In this document: positions 1 to 8,444 of the stretch, one piece after another
Layout of the letters: each line of letters opens with the position of its first letter
Numbering within the stretch: the stretch's first letter is position 1
DNA from: Xanthomonas phage vB_Xar_IVIA-DoCa3
Sequence record: ON911540.2
Direction: 5' to 3' (one strand)
Length of the DNA stretch: 32,000 nt
Notes under the pieces: model-generated
The model's input: only the letters and a program-made list of their open reading frames with translations
What the model was told of the DNA's origin: nothing
The model's database searches: none
Translations under genes and position numbers: made by a program

Positions 1-1
1 T

Positions 2-910
2 CATTTCGGTAGTGAGGTGATCCTCAAGGCTCCCGGCAACTCGGGAACCGAAGCGATCTATGTAGGCATTCGAGCCGAATATGATACGGCGGCCGGCTGG
101 TATAACCTGTTCTTGAACGGCTATACAGGCTATGACCCGAATGTCCAGTCTTGGTTCCTCCAGCCGGGGGCGATTCCGGGTTACGGCGCAGCCTTCACCA
201 AGGCCATTCCGATGGTGCCTTGCTGGGACGCGGCGATGCCCTACTGGTTCAGCGCTTCGGGGCGATCCTTCCGCTTCGGGGTCAAAGTATCCACCAACTA
301 TGAGGGTGGATACCTTGGCTTCATCCTTCCTTATGCAACTCCAGGGCAGTACCCTTACCCGCTCGCAGTAGGTGGATCGCTTGTGCCCAACGACAGCAAC
401 CGTTCTGCGAACTGGCGTTATTCTTATGCCTCTTACGAGCATGGGGTCTTTCCTGCGCCCGGTGCAAATTCAGGAGGTGAGTTCGAGAGTGTGTGGGCAA
501 CGATGTATCTTCGTGACACTAACGGAGACTGGAGGCACTTCGCTAACCGCCCTAATCGCAACGGTTCGGCCGTTGATGGTGTTCAAGGCTTCTCTTTCCA
601 ATACTCACTTCCCTTCGCGGTGACAGGCGGTTTCCGCTCCATCTGGCCACACTGTGAAAACGACAAATGGACGAGCGGTCGTAGGCCCTACCGTGAATGT
701 CTGGGCGGGGGCTATATCATGCAGCCCTGTGTCTTCATGCAGAGGACTCCTGCATGGATGGTATATGGCGAGCTGGAGGGCGTGTATGCGATTAGCGGCT
801 ACCAGAACAGCGCTGAGAACACGACGACTTATAACGGGAAGACACATGTAGTCTTTCAGAACGCATACCGCAACACCGCCCATGAATTCTGGGCGCTGTC
901 TCTGGATTAA
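2..910 (+). CDS. Virion/tail structural protein, 5' end probably outside the window (frame open upstream of the GTG at 17)
   Basis: Long ORF in + strand tail block; frame is open to the window edge (..HFGSEVILKAPGNSG..); followed by SD-like GGAGAACGAAT and the next gene. Confidence 0.7.
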   Translation, partial: HFGSEVILKAPGNSGTEAIYVGIRAEYDTAAGWYNLFLNGYTGYDPNVQSWFLQPGAIPGYGAAFTKAIPMVPCWDAAMPYWFSASGRSFRFGVKVSTNYEGGYLGFILPYATPGQYPYPLAVGGSLVPNDSNRSANWRYSYASYEHGVFPAPGANSGGEFESVWATMYLRDTNGDWRHFANRPNRNGSAVDGVQGFSFQYSLPFAVTGGFRSIWPHCENDKWTSGRRPYRECLGGGYIMQPCVFMQRTPAWMVYGELEGVYAISGYQNSAENTTTYNGKTHVVFQNAYRNTAHEFWALSLD

Positions 911-921
911 GGAGAACGAAT

Positions 922-1926
922 ATGGCATATCAGACAGGCACAGCTTCCGACGTTAATGACCTACTGGATAAGTTCAGGCTCTTTGCGATTGCGCAGGGCT
1001 GGACGGCAAACCGCTGGGCCACTGTGGGTTCTGGTCGGGAGCTCTGTATTCAAAAGAGTTCCGCTTATTTCAATTTCCGCGCTTGGAACAATGAGACCGC
1101 CTTGGTCAATGGTTCCAACGAGGCGAGCAAGACCGGCATCGCGATCAACGGCTCGGACGGATATAACGGCGCGAACGCCTGGGACCGCCAGCCGGGATAC
1201 CCACAGCGCCAGTCTGGTACTACGGTCGATCAGGCCCACGCATGGTTCCCGCTCGTGATCAACTTGGGCCCGTTCCCTGCTTATCACTTCTTCGCGCCGG
1301 ACTCCAAGACGCTCTATGCAGAAGTGGAAATCTCCACCGGCATCTTCCTTCGTTTCGGTTGCGGATCGCTTGACTTGTTCAATCCTGCTGCGCCAGGTGG
1401 GGGTCGATTCTTCTATGCTACCGGAGGGCAACACGTCACTAACACGACATCCCCGAGCTCGTGGCTTGGGTTGGATTCCGACAATACGAGTTACGCCTTA
1501 GAGGAGGTGCCTTTCAGGTGCGCGGACTATTGCGCGTCACAAGCCGGCTCAGGTCTCACGGGGTCATATGTGCGGGTTCAACATGATTCTTTCAATAACT
1601 GGGCGTTCTCAGGCAGAGAGTCTAGCACGTCCAACACAGGCAGCTTCTGCCAAGGAGGGGGTGTGCATGATCGCCCTATCCGTGATCTGTCTCCGAACTC
1701 CTTGAACGGTGTCGGCGTTCTGTTACCGAACATTGTGTCCGTCAATCGGAACCAGGAATACCTGAATCCGATTGGGACTGTGCCTGGTATGCGGTACATG
1801 GACATGACGAACTATCTGCCTGGGGACGAATTCACCTTGGGCTCCGATACCTGGAAGGTGTTTCCGTGGTACGCTAAGGGCGGCCGCAGCGGGCAACGAG
1901 GCATCGCATATCTGAAGGTGGCGTAA
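922..1926 (+). CDS. Virion/tail structural protein, weakly similar to the preceding ORF
   Basis: 334-aa ORF starting ATG; SD-like aaggagaacg upstream; position in tail block; shares a loose 'Y.F......F...V.IST' and 'A.PG....YATGG' pattern with the upstream protein. Confidence 0.7.
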   Translation: MAYQTGTASDVNDLLDKFRLFAIAQGWTANRWATVGSGRELCIQKSSAYFNFRAWNNETALVNGSNEASKTGIAINGSDGYNGANAWDRQPGYPQRQSGTTVDQAHAWFPLVINLGPFPAYHFFAPDSKTLYAEVEISTGIFLRFGCGSLDLFNPAAPGGGRFFYATGGQHVTNTTSPSSWLGLDSDNTSYALEEVPFRCADYCASQAGSGLTGSYVRVQHDSFNNWAFSGRESSTSNTGSFCQGGGVHDRPIRDLSPNSLNGVGVLLPNIVSVNRNQEYLNPIGTVPGMRYMDMTNYLPGDEFTLGSDTWKVFPWYAKGGRSGQRGIAYLKVA

Positions 1927-1927
1927 C

Positions 1928-3592
1928 ATGGCAGTGATCACGACATACGCGCTTGTCGCAGGGGAGCACCGTAGAGTCCCGCTGGCGGAGTACGGAGTCG
2001 CGGACGCCTCACCCGTTGATAACAGCCCGCCGGTTCCGCCGGTTGATATAACCGCCAACGGGTACGGCACAATCACTGACGTGCCAATCACTGAAATCGA
2101 GGAGGCATTCACTGCCTGGAAAGCACCATCGTTCCTCGACGACTTCTATTACCGCGTGCATATCAGGCCGGGGGTCATTGTACTGGGCAACCTGCTGTCG
2201 TCCCAAGTGCGAACGGTGGAGGTGTGGTCAGCATACTTTGAACCTAAGCTGCTGTCTTCGCTGGGACAGTCGGGCACGGATGGCATCACCCTCACTCAGC
2301 CGGTTGCCCCGCCGACATATTTCGCCGCACTCGAATCCCGCATCTACACACTGAACGTCAGTACCAATGGTCCTCCCATTGTTGATGTGATCTATACATT
2401 CAACTTCCCAGGCGAATCGCCGACGTTGGAAGTGACTGGTCGCCGTGTGGTGCTCTGGCCTTTTGTACCAGACACCGGCTACGACGAGACCATGTCTTGG
2501 AAGACCGATATTCTAGGCAGCTTCAATAACGAACAACGTCTTGCGCTTCGCGAGGCTCCGCGACAGGCGTTCTCTTACAAGTTCCTTCTGGACGAAGCGC
2601 AGTTCAGCAGAGCGAAAGCAATCAGCACACAATGGGCGCATCGCGTCTATGGCATCGCTGTGTGGGCAGAGGTGACACCTCTACTGAACGGGCTTACTGC
2701 GGGCGCGACGTTCATTGCGTTTGATACATCAAACGCGGATTACCGCGACGACGATTTGATCATGCTGTGGGTATCCGACACCCAGCTCACCGCGCTCGAG
2801 ATCACCACAGTTACGCCGACAGGTGTCCATCTGAAGCTGCCGCTGGAAACGAACTGGCCTAAGTGCTATGTCGCTCCGCTGCGCTTTGCGCGCACCTTCA
2901 GCGGTATCGATTACAAGCGCAGCTCGAACCGCTATATCACCGCGAGCGGTGTATTCGAAGTCACGCAGAACAAAGACCTGGGCGACAACGGCGCCTACCC
3001 TGTTTATCGGGGCAAGCCTGTCCTCACGGATCGCTCTGCTGTCGTTACTGACATCAGCGAACGCATTGCACGCACTATAGACATCTTCGACAATGGTTCT
3101 GGCCCCATTCAGGTGGATATCGCGAAGAATTGGGTTCGGCACATGCAGGCCATCGGGTTCATTAAGAACACACGCGCAGGCATCTGGGCGCTTCGGAAGT
3201 GGATTCACGCACGTAGAGGCAAGCAACGCGCGTTCTGGCTGCCGTCTTGGAATACGGACTTGGTTATCCTGGAGAACGTCTCTGACACTGCAAGCGCCAT
3301 CACCGTGTCGCCCATCGGATATCCGCTCTATTACGGGGTCAAGGATATCATCGTGCAACTGAAGAACGGGACGCGGGTATTCGCTCGCGTTACTTCAGGA
3401 AGCACGAACGGGGACGGTAACGAGGTTCTCACCCTTTCAGCTCAGATTGGTGTCACATTTGCAACGACCGATATTGATTTCGTATGCTTTATGTCGCACG
3501 CACGATTTGACAGCGATCAGGTCGTTTTCAGCCACAAAGATGTGGGCCAAGTAGCTGCCACGATCGCCATTGCGGAGACGCCTGAATCATGA
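1928..3592 (+). CDS. Tail assembly/structural protein (554 aa)
   Basis: Long ORF in the tail block, stop overlapping the next ATG (ATGA at 3589-3592); includes 'RGKQRAFWLPSWNTDLVIL', as seen in phage distal tail proteins. Confidence 0.75.
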   Translation: MAVITTYALVAGEHRRVPLAEYGVADASPVDNSPPVPPVDITANGYGTITDVPITEIEEAFTAWKAPSFLDDFYYRVHIRPGVIVLGNLLSSQVRTVEVWSAYFEPKLLSSLGQSGTDGITLTQPVAPPTYFAALESRIYTLNVSTNGPPIVDVIYTFNFPGESPTLEVTGRRVVLWPFVPDTGYDETMSWKTDILGSFNNEQRLALREAPRQAFSYKFLLDEAQFSRAKAISTQWAHRVYGIAVWAEVTPLLNGLTAGATFIAFDTSNADYRDDDLIMLWVSDTQLTALEITTVTPTGVHLKLPLETNWPKCYVAPLRFARTFSGIDYKRSSNRYITASGVFEVTQNKDLGDNGAYPVYRGKPVLTDRSAVVTDISERIARTIDIFDNGSGPIQVDIAKNWVRHMQAIGFIKNTRAGIWALRKWIHARRGKQRAFWLPSWNTDLVILENVSDTASAITVSPIGYPLYYGVKDIIVQLKNGTRVFARVTSGSTNGDGNEVLTLSAQIGVTFATTDIDFVCFMSHARFDSDQVVFSHKDVGQVAATIAIAETPES

Positions 3593-4398
3593 CTTATAGC
3601 GCCTATGAAGACTCACTAGAAACAGGAACCCCGATCGAGCTCTACGAGTTCATTCAGGGCATCCAGCGCTGGAACTATGTGAGCGGCGCGAACGAGATCA
3701 TCAGGCTGGGGCAGACCTTCACTCCGTCACCTGTGAAGCGCGATAGCGTGAAACAGACGACGGACACGTTCAAAGACTCCATCAAGCTGGTATTCCCCCG
3801 TGACGATGCGTTTGCTTCGCAGTACCTCGCGTTCGCGCCTGAAGACGTGACCACAGTAACGATCTATCGCGGCCACTACGGTGACCCCGACAATCAATTC
3901 ATCGTTTATTGGAAGGGTCGTGTCGTAGGCGCCAAGACCAGTGGAAACCAGATCGAGGTTCAGTGCGAGTCTGTCTTCACCTCAATCAAGCGCCCTGGCT
4001 TGCGTGCTCGCTTCGAATACGGGTGCAGGCGCACGCTGTACCTGAAGGGCTGCAATGTGAATCGCGAGCTCTACAAGCACGAGGGCGCTGTGCTGTCGAT
4101 TGCGGGCGGGCTGGTCGTTACTGTAGCCGGCGCAGCATTGCAGCCCGACGGGTACTACACAGGAGGCATGATCGTCGCCCCAGACGGCAGCTCGCGCTTC
4201 CTTACCGCCCACACAGGGGACACCGTTACAATGGCGCGCCCCATGGCAAGTCTTGTGGGCGGTCAGAGTGTTGCAATCTACCCCGGCTGCGATCACCTGA
4301 AAGAAACGTGCAAGAATAAATTCAACAATCTGAACAACTTCGGCGGGTTCCCGTGGATTCCATCCAAGAATCCGTACGGCGGTTCGTCTATCGCTTAG
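3589..4398 (+). CDS. Tail protein of the DUF2163/BR0599 type
   Basis: C-terminus 'YPGCDHLKETCKNKFNNLNNFGGFPWIPSKNPYGG' is characteristic of the BR0599 C-terminal domain; translationally coupled to the previous gene. Confidence 0.8.
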   Translation: MTYSAYEDSLETGTPIELYEFIQGIQRWNYVSGANEIIRLGQTFTPSPVKRDSVKQTTDTFKDSIKLVFPRDDAFASQYLAFAPEDVTTVTIYRGHYGDPDNQFIVYWKGRVVGAKTSGNQIEVQCESVFTSIKRPGLRARFEYGCRRTLYLKGCNVNRELYKHEGAVLSIAGGLVVTVAGAALQPDGYYTGGMIVAPDGSSRFLTAHTGDTVTMARPMASLVGGQSVAIYPGCDHLKETCKNKFNNLNNFGGFPWIPSKNPYGGSSIA

Positions 4399-4407
4399 GA
4401 GACCGAT

Positions 4408-4641
4408 ATGGCATGGGTCTATGCAATCGTGTTCATCGTTGCGCTGGTCGTCAGCTATGCAATGATGCCCAAGCCCGAAACCCGTCCGCCTGCAGGGTTG
4501 GACGAGATTCAGGCGCCAACCGCTGAAGTGGGCCGGGAGATTCCAGTGCTGTTTGGCACCAGAAAGATGGACGGCCCGAACGTCGTCTGGTACGGGGATC
4601 TTCGAACTGTGCCTATCAAGAGTAAGGGAGGCAAGAAGTGA
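4408..4641 (+). CDS. Small membrane-anchored tail assembly protein
   Basis: N-terminal hydrophobic segment MAWVYAIVFIVALVVSYAMMPKP followed by 'VLFGTRKMDGPNVVWYGDL'; located between tail genes. Confidence 0.65.
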   Translation: MAWVYAIVFIVALVVSYAMMPKPETRPPAGLDEIQAPTAEVGREIPVLFGTRKMDGPNVVWYGDLRTVPIKSKGGKK

Positions 4642-4841
4642 CGACCCCTGTCATCGTTCGTATGGAACACTGCCGCGAGCTGCGCTATTGCGCGCGGGGC
4701 GTTCGAGAGCTGTTCGCACGGTACGGCCTGGACTATACCGATTTCTTGAACAACGGCATCGATTCCGACAAGCTGCTGGAAGCAACAGACAACGACGGAA
4801 TGGCGCTTGCAGCAGTGGAGGTGGCTCGTGGGCGGAAGTAG
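4638..4841 (+). CDS. Hypothetical protein in tail module (67 aa, GTG start)
   Basis: Start overlaps the previous stop (GTGA) and the ORF overlaps the start of the next gene; tight packing supports coding. Confidence 0.6.
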   Translation: MTTPVIVRMEHCRELRYCARGVRELFARYGLDYTDFLNNGIDSDKLLEATDNDGMALAAVEVARGRK

Positions 4842-7005
4842 CAAATCAGTCACAGTTGGATACAAGTATTATCTCGGGATGCACATGGTCTTCTGCCATG
4901 GCCCGATTGATAAAATCATCCGCATCGACTTCGATGACAAGACCGCATGGACGGGTAACGCGGCCGGCGGGCAAATCACGATCTCCGCCGAGAACCTGTT
5001 CGGAGGCCAGAAGCGCGAGGGCGGTGTGTCCGGCGCGGTGGATATCGACATGGGCGGTGACACGCAGACGCCGAACAGCTACCTCGTGAGCAAGCTGGGG
5101 TCGATGGTGCCGGGCTTCAGAGGTGTGGTCAGCGCTGTGTTCCGTCAAGTGTATCTTGGCATGAACCCGTATCTGAAACGCCCCTCTTTCTGGGGCCAGC
5201 GCATACTGGTTCGCCAGAACGGAATCGCTCAATGGTACATCGCAAAGGCAGCGATCGGCCAAGACATGAACCCAGCGCATATCATTCGCGAGTGCCTTAC
5301 TGACCCTGATTGGGGCATGGGCTACCCTGAAGCGGATGTAGATGACACTGCCTTCCAGGCTGCTGCCGATCAGATGTATAGTGAAGGCATGGGCATGTCG
5401 ATCTTGTGGGATCGCTCCGTAACGCTTGAGGAATTCATTCAGGAGGTACTGAAGCACATCGACGGTTCCTTGTTCGTTGATCGCACCTCAGGAAAGTTCG
5501 TTCTGAAGCTCGCGCGCGGAGGCTACGATGTGAATTCGTTGCTGGTGCTGGACGAGTCCTCCGTCGATAAGATTTCGGACTTCAAGCGCAACACCATAGG
5601 CGAGCTGATCAACTCGGTGACTGTTGTCTATTGGGACGCCAGCACAGGTAAGAACAACTCCGTCACGGTGCAGGACATCGCGCTTGCAGCGCAGCAGCAA
5701 TCCGTCGTCAGCACGACGAAGCAGTTCCCAGGCTTCACGAATGGCACCATCGCCACTAAGGTAGCAGCGCGCTCGCTCAAGGCGCTGTCTGTCCCGCTTG
5801 CCAGCGGGACCATCTACGCCAACCGCAAGGCTGCGTCGCTGAACGTCGGTGACGTCTTTGTGCTCAGCTGGCCTCGCTACGGGATCAGCCAGCTTGTCAT
5901 GCGAGTGGCGAACGTAGAGCTGGGCGCACTGGACAGCAACGTCGTCAAGATTAGTGCAGTGGAGGACGTGTTCGCACTGTCTAGCGCTATCTATGCGCCT
6001 CCCCCGCCTAGCGGCTGGACTGATCCGAACAATGATCCCGCGCCTTGTCCGTATCATTGCGTCATCGAGGCTCCGTTCTGGGAGCTGTGCCAGCGCATGG
6101 GGGAGACCGACGCGCGTAGCATTCCGACGACAGCGGGTTTCGTGGTGGCCACAGGTGTGCGGCCTACCAGTGATGCGGGTAACGCGCAACTCATTACGAA
6201 CCCGACGAACACAGCATACGAGGAAGCGGGCACGGTCGATTTCTGTCCGACAGCAGTGCTCACCGCTGCTATCACACCGAACCAGACAGTAATCCCGATC
6301 AGCGGGGGCATTGACCTGGACATCGTGAAGATCAACACCTATGCAATCATCGACAATGAGCTTGTCGTCGTTACCGCGATCAGTAGCTCTTCAATGACTG
6401 TGGGACGCGGGGTGCTGGATACTGTCCCCGTCGTGCATGCGCTTGGCGCACGGGTATTCTTCCCTGATGTGTATTTCGAGACAGACACCGTCGAATATGC
6501 TACAGGCGAAACCGCCAGGATCAAGCTGCTGCCCACTACGGCCAAGGGTACGCTGGCGGAAGGCTCCGCACCCGTGCAAACGGTGACAATCCAGGCGCGC
6601 TCGTCCAGGCCCTACCCGCCACAGCAGCTCCGTATCAACACACAGGCCTATCCGGACACGGTTCGGGGTGACCAGAACATCACTGTGGCATGGGTGCATC
6701 GTGACCGCTTACAGCAGACCGCGACGCTCGTGGATACGGAAGCAGCAAGCATTGGCCCTGAAGCGAACACGACTTACACTTGCCGCCTACTGACCCAAGG
6801 CGGTTCGGTGATCGCTACGCATGCGGGACTGACTGGTGTGGTCACGGACACCTTCACTCTTGTAGAGATGGGGTCCAACTATGGCAGGCTGAGGATTCAG
6901 CTGTGGGCTGTGCGTGACGGCATTCAAAGCCTTCAGATGCACGATTGGGAATTCACTCGCTCCGGTTACGGAACCGGATATGGTTACTCTTACGGAGGCG
7001 CATAA
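4828..7005 (+). CDS. Large central tail / tail-tip attachment protein
   Basis: 725-aa ORF; GTG at 4828 preceded by GGAGG; directly upstream of the DUF2793-like gene, its stop overlapping the next ATG (TAATG). Confidence 0.75.
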   Translation: MGGSSKSVTVGYKYYLGMHMVFCHGPIDKIIRIDFDDKTAWTGNAAGGQITISAENLFGGQKREGGVSGAVDIDMGGDTQTPNSYLVSKLGSMVPGFRGVVSAVFRQVYLGMNPYLKRPSFWGQRILVRQNGIAQWYIAKAAIGQDMNPAHIIRECLTDPDWGMGYPEADVDDTAFQAAADQMYSEGMGMSILWDRSVTLEEFIQEVLKHIDGSLFVDRTSGKFVLKLARGGYDVNSLLVLDESSVDKISDFKRNTIGELINSVTVVYWDASTGKNNSVTVQDIALAAQQQSVVSTTKQFPGFTNGTIATKVAARSLKALSVPLASGTIYANRKAASLNVGDVFVLSWPRYGISQLVMRVANVELGALDSNVVKISAVEDVFALSSAIYAPPPPSGWTDPNNDPAPCPYHCVIEAPFWELCQRMGETDARSIPTTAGFVVATGVRPTSDAGNAQLITNPTNTAYEEAGTVDFCPTAVLTAAITPNQTVIPISGGIDLDIVKINTYAIIDNELVVVTAISSSSMTVGRGVLDTVPVVHALGARVFFPDVYFETDTVEYATGETARIKLLPTTAKGTLAEGSAPVQTVTIQARSSRPYPPQQLRINTQAYPDTVRGDQNITVAWVHRDRLQQTATLVDTEAASIGPEANTTYTCRLLTQGGSVIATHAGLTGVVTDTFTLVEMGSNYGRLRIQLWAVRDGIQSLQMHDWEFTRSGYGTGYGYSYGGA

Positions 7006-7361
7006 TGGCAGCATCAACTGAACCGCGTAGCGGACTGAGCTTCGGCTGGTCGCTTGGAGAAAACAACTGGAACACGGGGATGGACGCGAACTTGCTGTCC
7101 ATCGGTCGGTTCGCTTATCACCTGTCGGTCAAGGATCGCGATCTTGCGACCCCTCCGGGCAGTCCGGCAGCGGGTGACACGTATATCGTGGCAGCCTCGC
7201 CTACTGGTGCATGGGCAGGGCAAGCGGGCAAGGTGGCAATCTGGTCGGGTTCTGCCTGGGTATTCGGCACGCCGCGAATTGGCTGGGTAGCCTACATAGA
7301 GGACGAAGAAAAGCTCAGCGCCTACAAAGCGGCGGGCTGGTCCGTAGGGATCGCCATCTAA
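7005..7361 (+). CDS. DUF2793-like virion protein
   Basis: 'LSFGWSLGENNWNTGMDANLLSIGRF...PPGSPAAGDTYIVAASPTGAWAGQAGKVAIWSGSAWVFGTPRIGWVAYIED' matches the remembered DUF2793 pattern; last gene of the + block. Confidence 0.8.
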   Translation: MAASTEPRSGLSFGWSLGENNWNTGMDANLLSIGRFAYHLSVKDRDLATPPGSPAAGDTYIVAASPTGAWAGQAGKVAIWSGSAWVFGTPRIGWVAYIEDEEKLSAYKAAGWSVGIAI

Positions 7362-7364
7362 ACG

Positions 7365-7388
7365 AAGCCCCGCTCAGCGGGGCTTTTT
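7365..7388 (+). terminator. Intrinsic terminator of the tail block, partly bidirectional
   Basis: AAGCCCCGC TCA GCGGGGCTT TTT: 9-bp GC-rich stem plus T-run, 4 nt after the stop of the last tail gene and overlapping the convergent gene's stop. Confidence 0.9.
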
Positions 7389-7739
7389 ATTGTCGATATG
7401 AATATACACATCAACTCGATCCGTTGGAACGTACCGATAATCGACATGATACATCTGATCCCGTACTCGCGCAGGATACAGACGATAGCACTGCTTGATG
7501 AACTGCTGATAGGCGGGCTTGCCCTGCATGACCACAGCGACGTCCATCTTGCAGCGCGACACCGCTTCCATGCCTGCATTCCCTTCTTCGCCGTAAGCAG
7601 ACAGGATTGGCCCAGTCCCGCTGATGCGGGTCTTCGGGTCGCTGTTGAACCAGGCCGCCGTGCATTGCCTGTCGCAGGCGTGCGCAGCACCAGCAAGCGC
7701 GAGCGTCGCGCTAACGATCAGTCTTGCGATGACCTTCAT
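7374..7739 (-). CDS. Small secreted/periplasmic hypothetical protein (121 aa)
   Basis: N-terminal signal-peptide-like MKVIARLIVSATLALAGAAHACD; several Cys; overlaps the upstream gene. Confidence 0.6.
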   Translation of the reverse strand: MKVIARLIVSATLALAGAAHACDRQCTAAWFNSDPKTRISGTGPILSAYGEEGNAGMEAVSRCKMDVAVVMQGKPAYQQFIKQCYRLYPARVRDQMYHVDYRYVPTDRVDVYIHIDNKKPR

Positions 7740-7917
7740 GGCATTGCTCCTTATAGCTGCCCTCGTAGTCGGGCCAGACGCCAGTATGCACGTTCTGGCA
7801 GTACATGTCGAGTTCGAGGAGCTCGTCTTCGTAATCCATTTTTCCGACGATTCCTACCAGAAGCACGATCACGACGAGGATAGCGAGCGTGCGAAACGGG
7901 GTGTTGGCTTTCTGCAT
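7711..7917 (-). CDS. Small single-TM membrane protein (68 aa)
   Basis: Hydrophobic segment TLAILVVIVLLVGIVG; start preceded by GGAGAAAACA; overlaps the next gene. Confidence 0.6.
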   Translation of the reverse strand: MQKANTPFRTLAILVVIVLLVGIVGKMDYEDELLELDMYCQNVHTGVWPDYEGSYKEQCHEGHRKTDR

Positions 7918-7978
7918 TGTTTTCTCCGTGTTGAACTAAACTGTGGGCCGCGCTTTCGTGGGTACAGGCCGCGATCGG

Positions 7979-8257
7979 CTAGTGGCCTGCATGGTTGCAT
8001 TGGCCACCACACTGCGCAGCGTAGCGCGGCCAAAACAGCTCGCGATAAGCACCTGCATTCGTGTCGAAGTGGTGCGCAATACCTTCGACGTCATGAACGA
8101 GGTCTTCGTCGGTCGCGATCAGCAGTGCATCCAGCTGAAGCGGGTGCGTCATGTGTGCGTGAAGCACTTTCATGAACAGCAGGTGATCGCCCAGTGTGGT
8201 CATAGGCACGATTGCGCGGTAGCGCAGCACGATCTCTTCGACGAGGGTCTCGTCCAT
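7979..8257 (-). CDS. Hypothetical protein (92 aa, MDETLVEEIVLRYRAI...)
   Basis: ATG at 8257 preceded by GGAG with 6-nt spacing; overlaps the stop of the tiny upstream ORF. Confidence 0.55.
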   Translation of the reverse strand: MDETLVEEIVLRYRAIVPMTTLGDHLLFMKVLHAHMTHPLQLDALLIATDEDLVHDVEGIAHHFDTNAGAYRELFWPRYAAQCGGQCNHAGH

Positions 8258-8258
8258 T

Positions 8259-8342
8259 TCAGGCTCCAAGAATGATGTGAAGGTTATGCAACCAGATCCA
8301 GGCGTCGAAGACGCATAGAGCTGTGAAGGTAATCAAGTTCAT
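8259..8342 (-). CDS. Putative 27-aa peptide MNLITFTALCVFDAWIWLHNLHIILGA
   Basis: Strong SD (AAAGGAGGCGGAT-ATG), just downstream of a promoter-like element; stop abuts the SD/start of the next gene. Confidence 0.45.
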   Translation of the reverse strand: MNLITFTALCVFDAWIWLHNLHIILGA

Positions 8343-8371
8343 ATCCGCCTCCTTTCCTAGTACGTGATGCA

Positions 8372-8400
8372 ACTGTAGGACACTTCTTGAGCAGATGCAA
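8372..8400 (-). promoter_or_regulatory. Candidate sigma70-type promoter TTGCAT-N17-TACAGT
   Basis: Hexamers read on the minus strand at 8395-8400 and 8372-8377, 17-bp spacer, between the polymerase terminator and the small-gene cluster. Confidence 0.6.
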
Positions 8401-8408
8401 GCACAAAG

Positions 8409-8441
8409 ATGGGCTTGCCGGCAAAAATGCGACAAGCCCAT
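8409..8441 (-). terminator. Stem-loop after the DNA polymerase gene
   Basis: Perfect 9-bp arms ATGGGCTTG/CAAGCCCAT (8409-8417/8433-8441) 3 nt past the polymerase stop, followed on the minus strand by CTTTG. Confidence 0.55.
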
Positions 8442-8444
8442 TTA

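Noticed and set aside
7374-7917. Overlapping TM protein plus secreted protein considered as an i-spanin/o-spanin pair
   Set aside because: The second protein has a signal-peptidase-I-like AHA site but no convincing lipobox, and no endolysin or holin is visible next to them.
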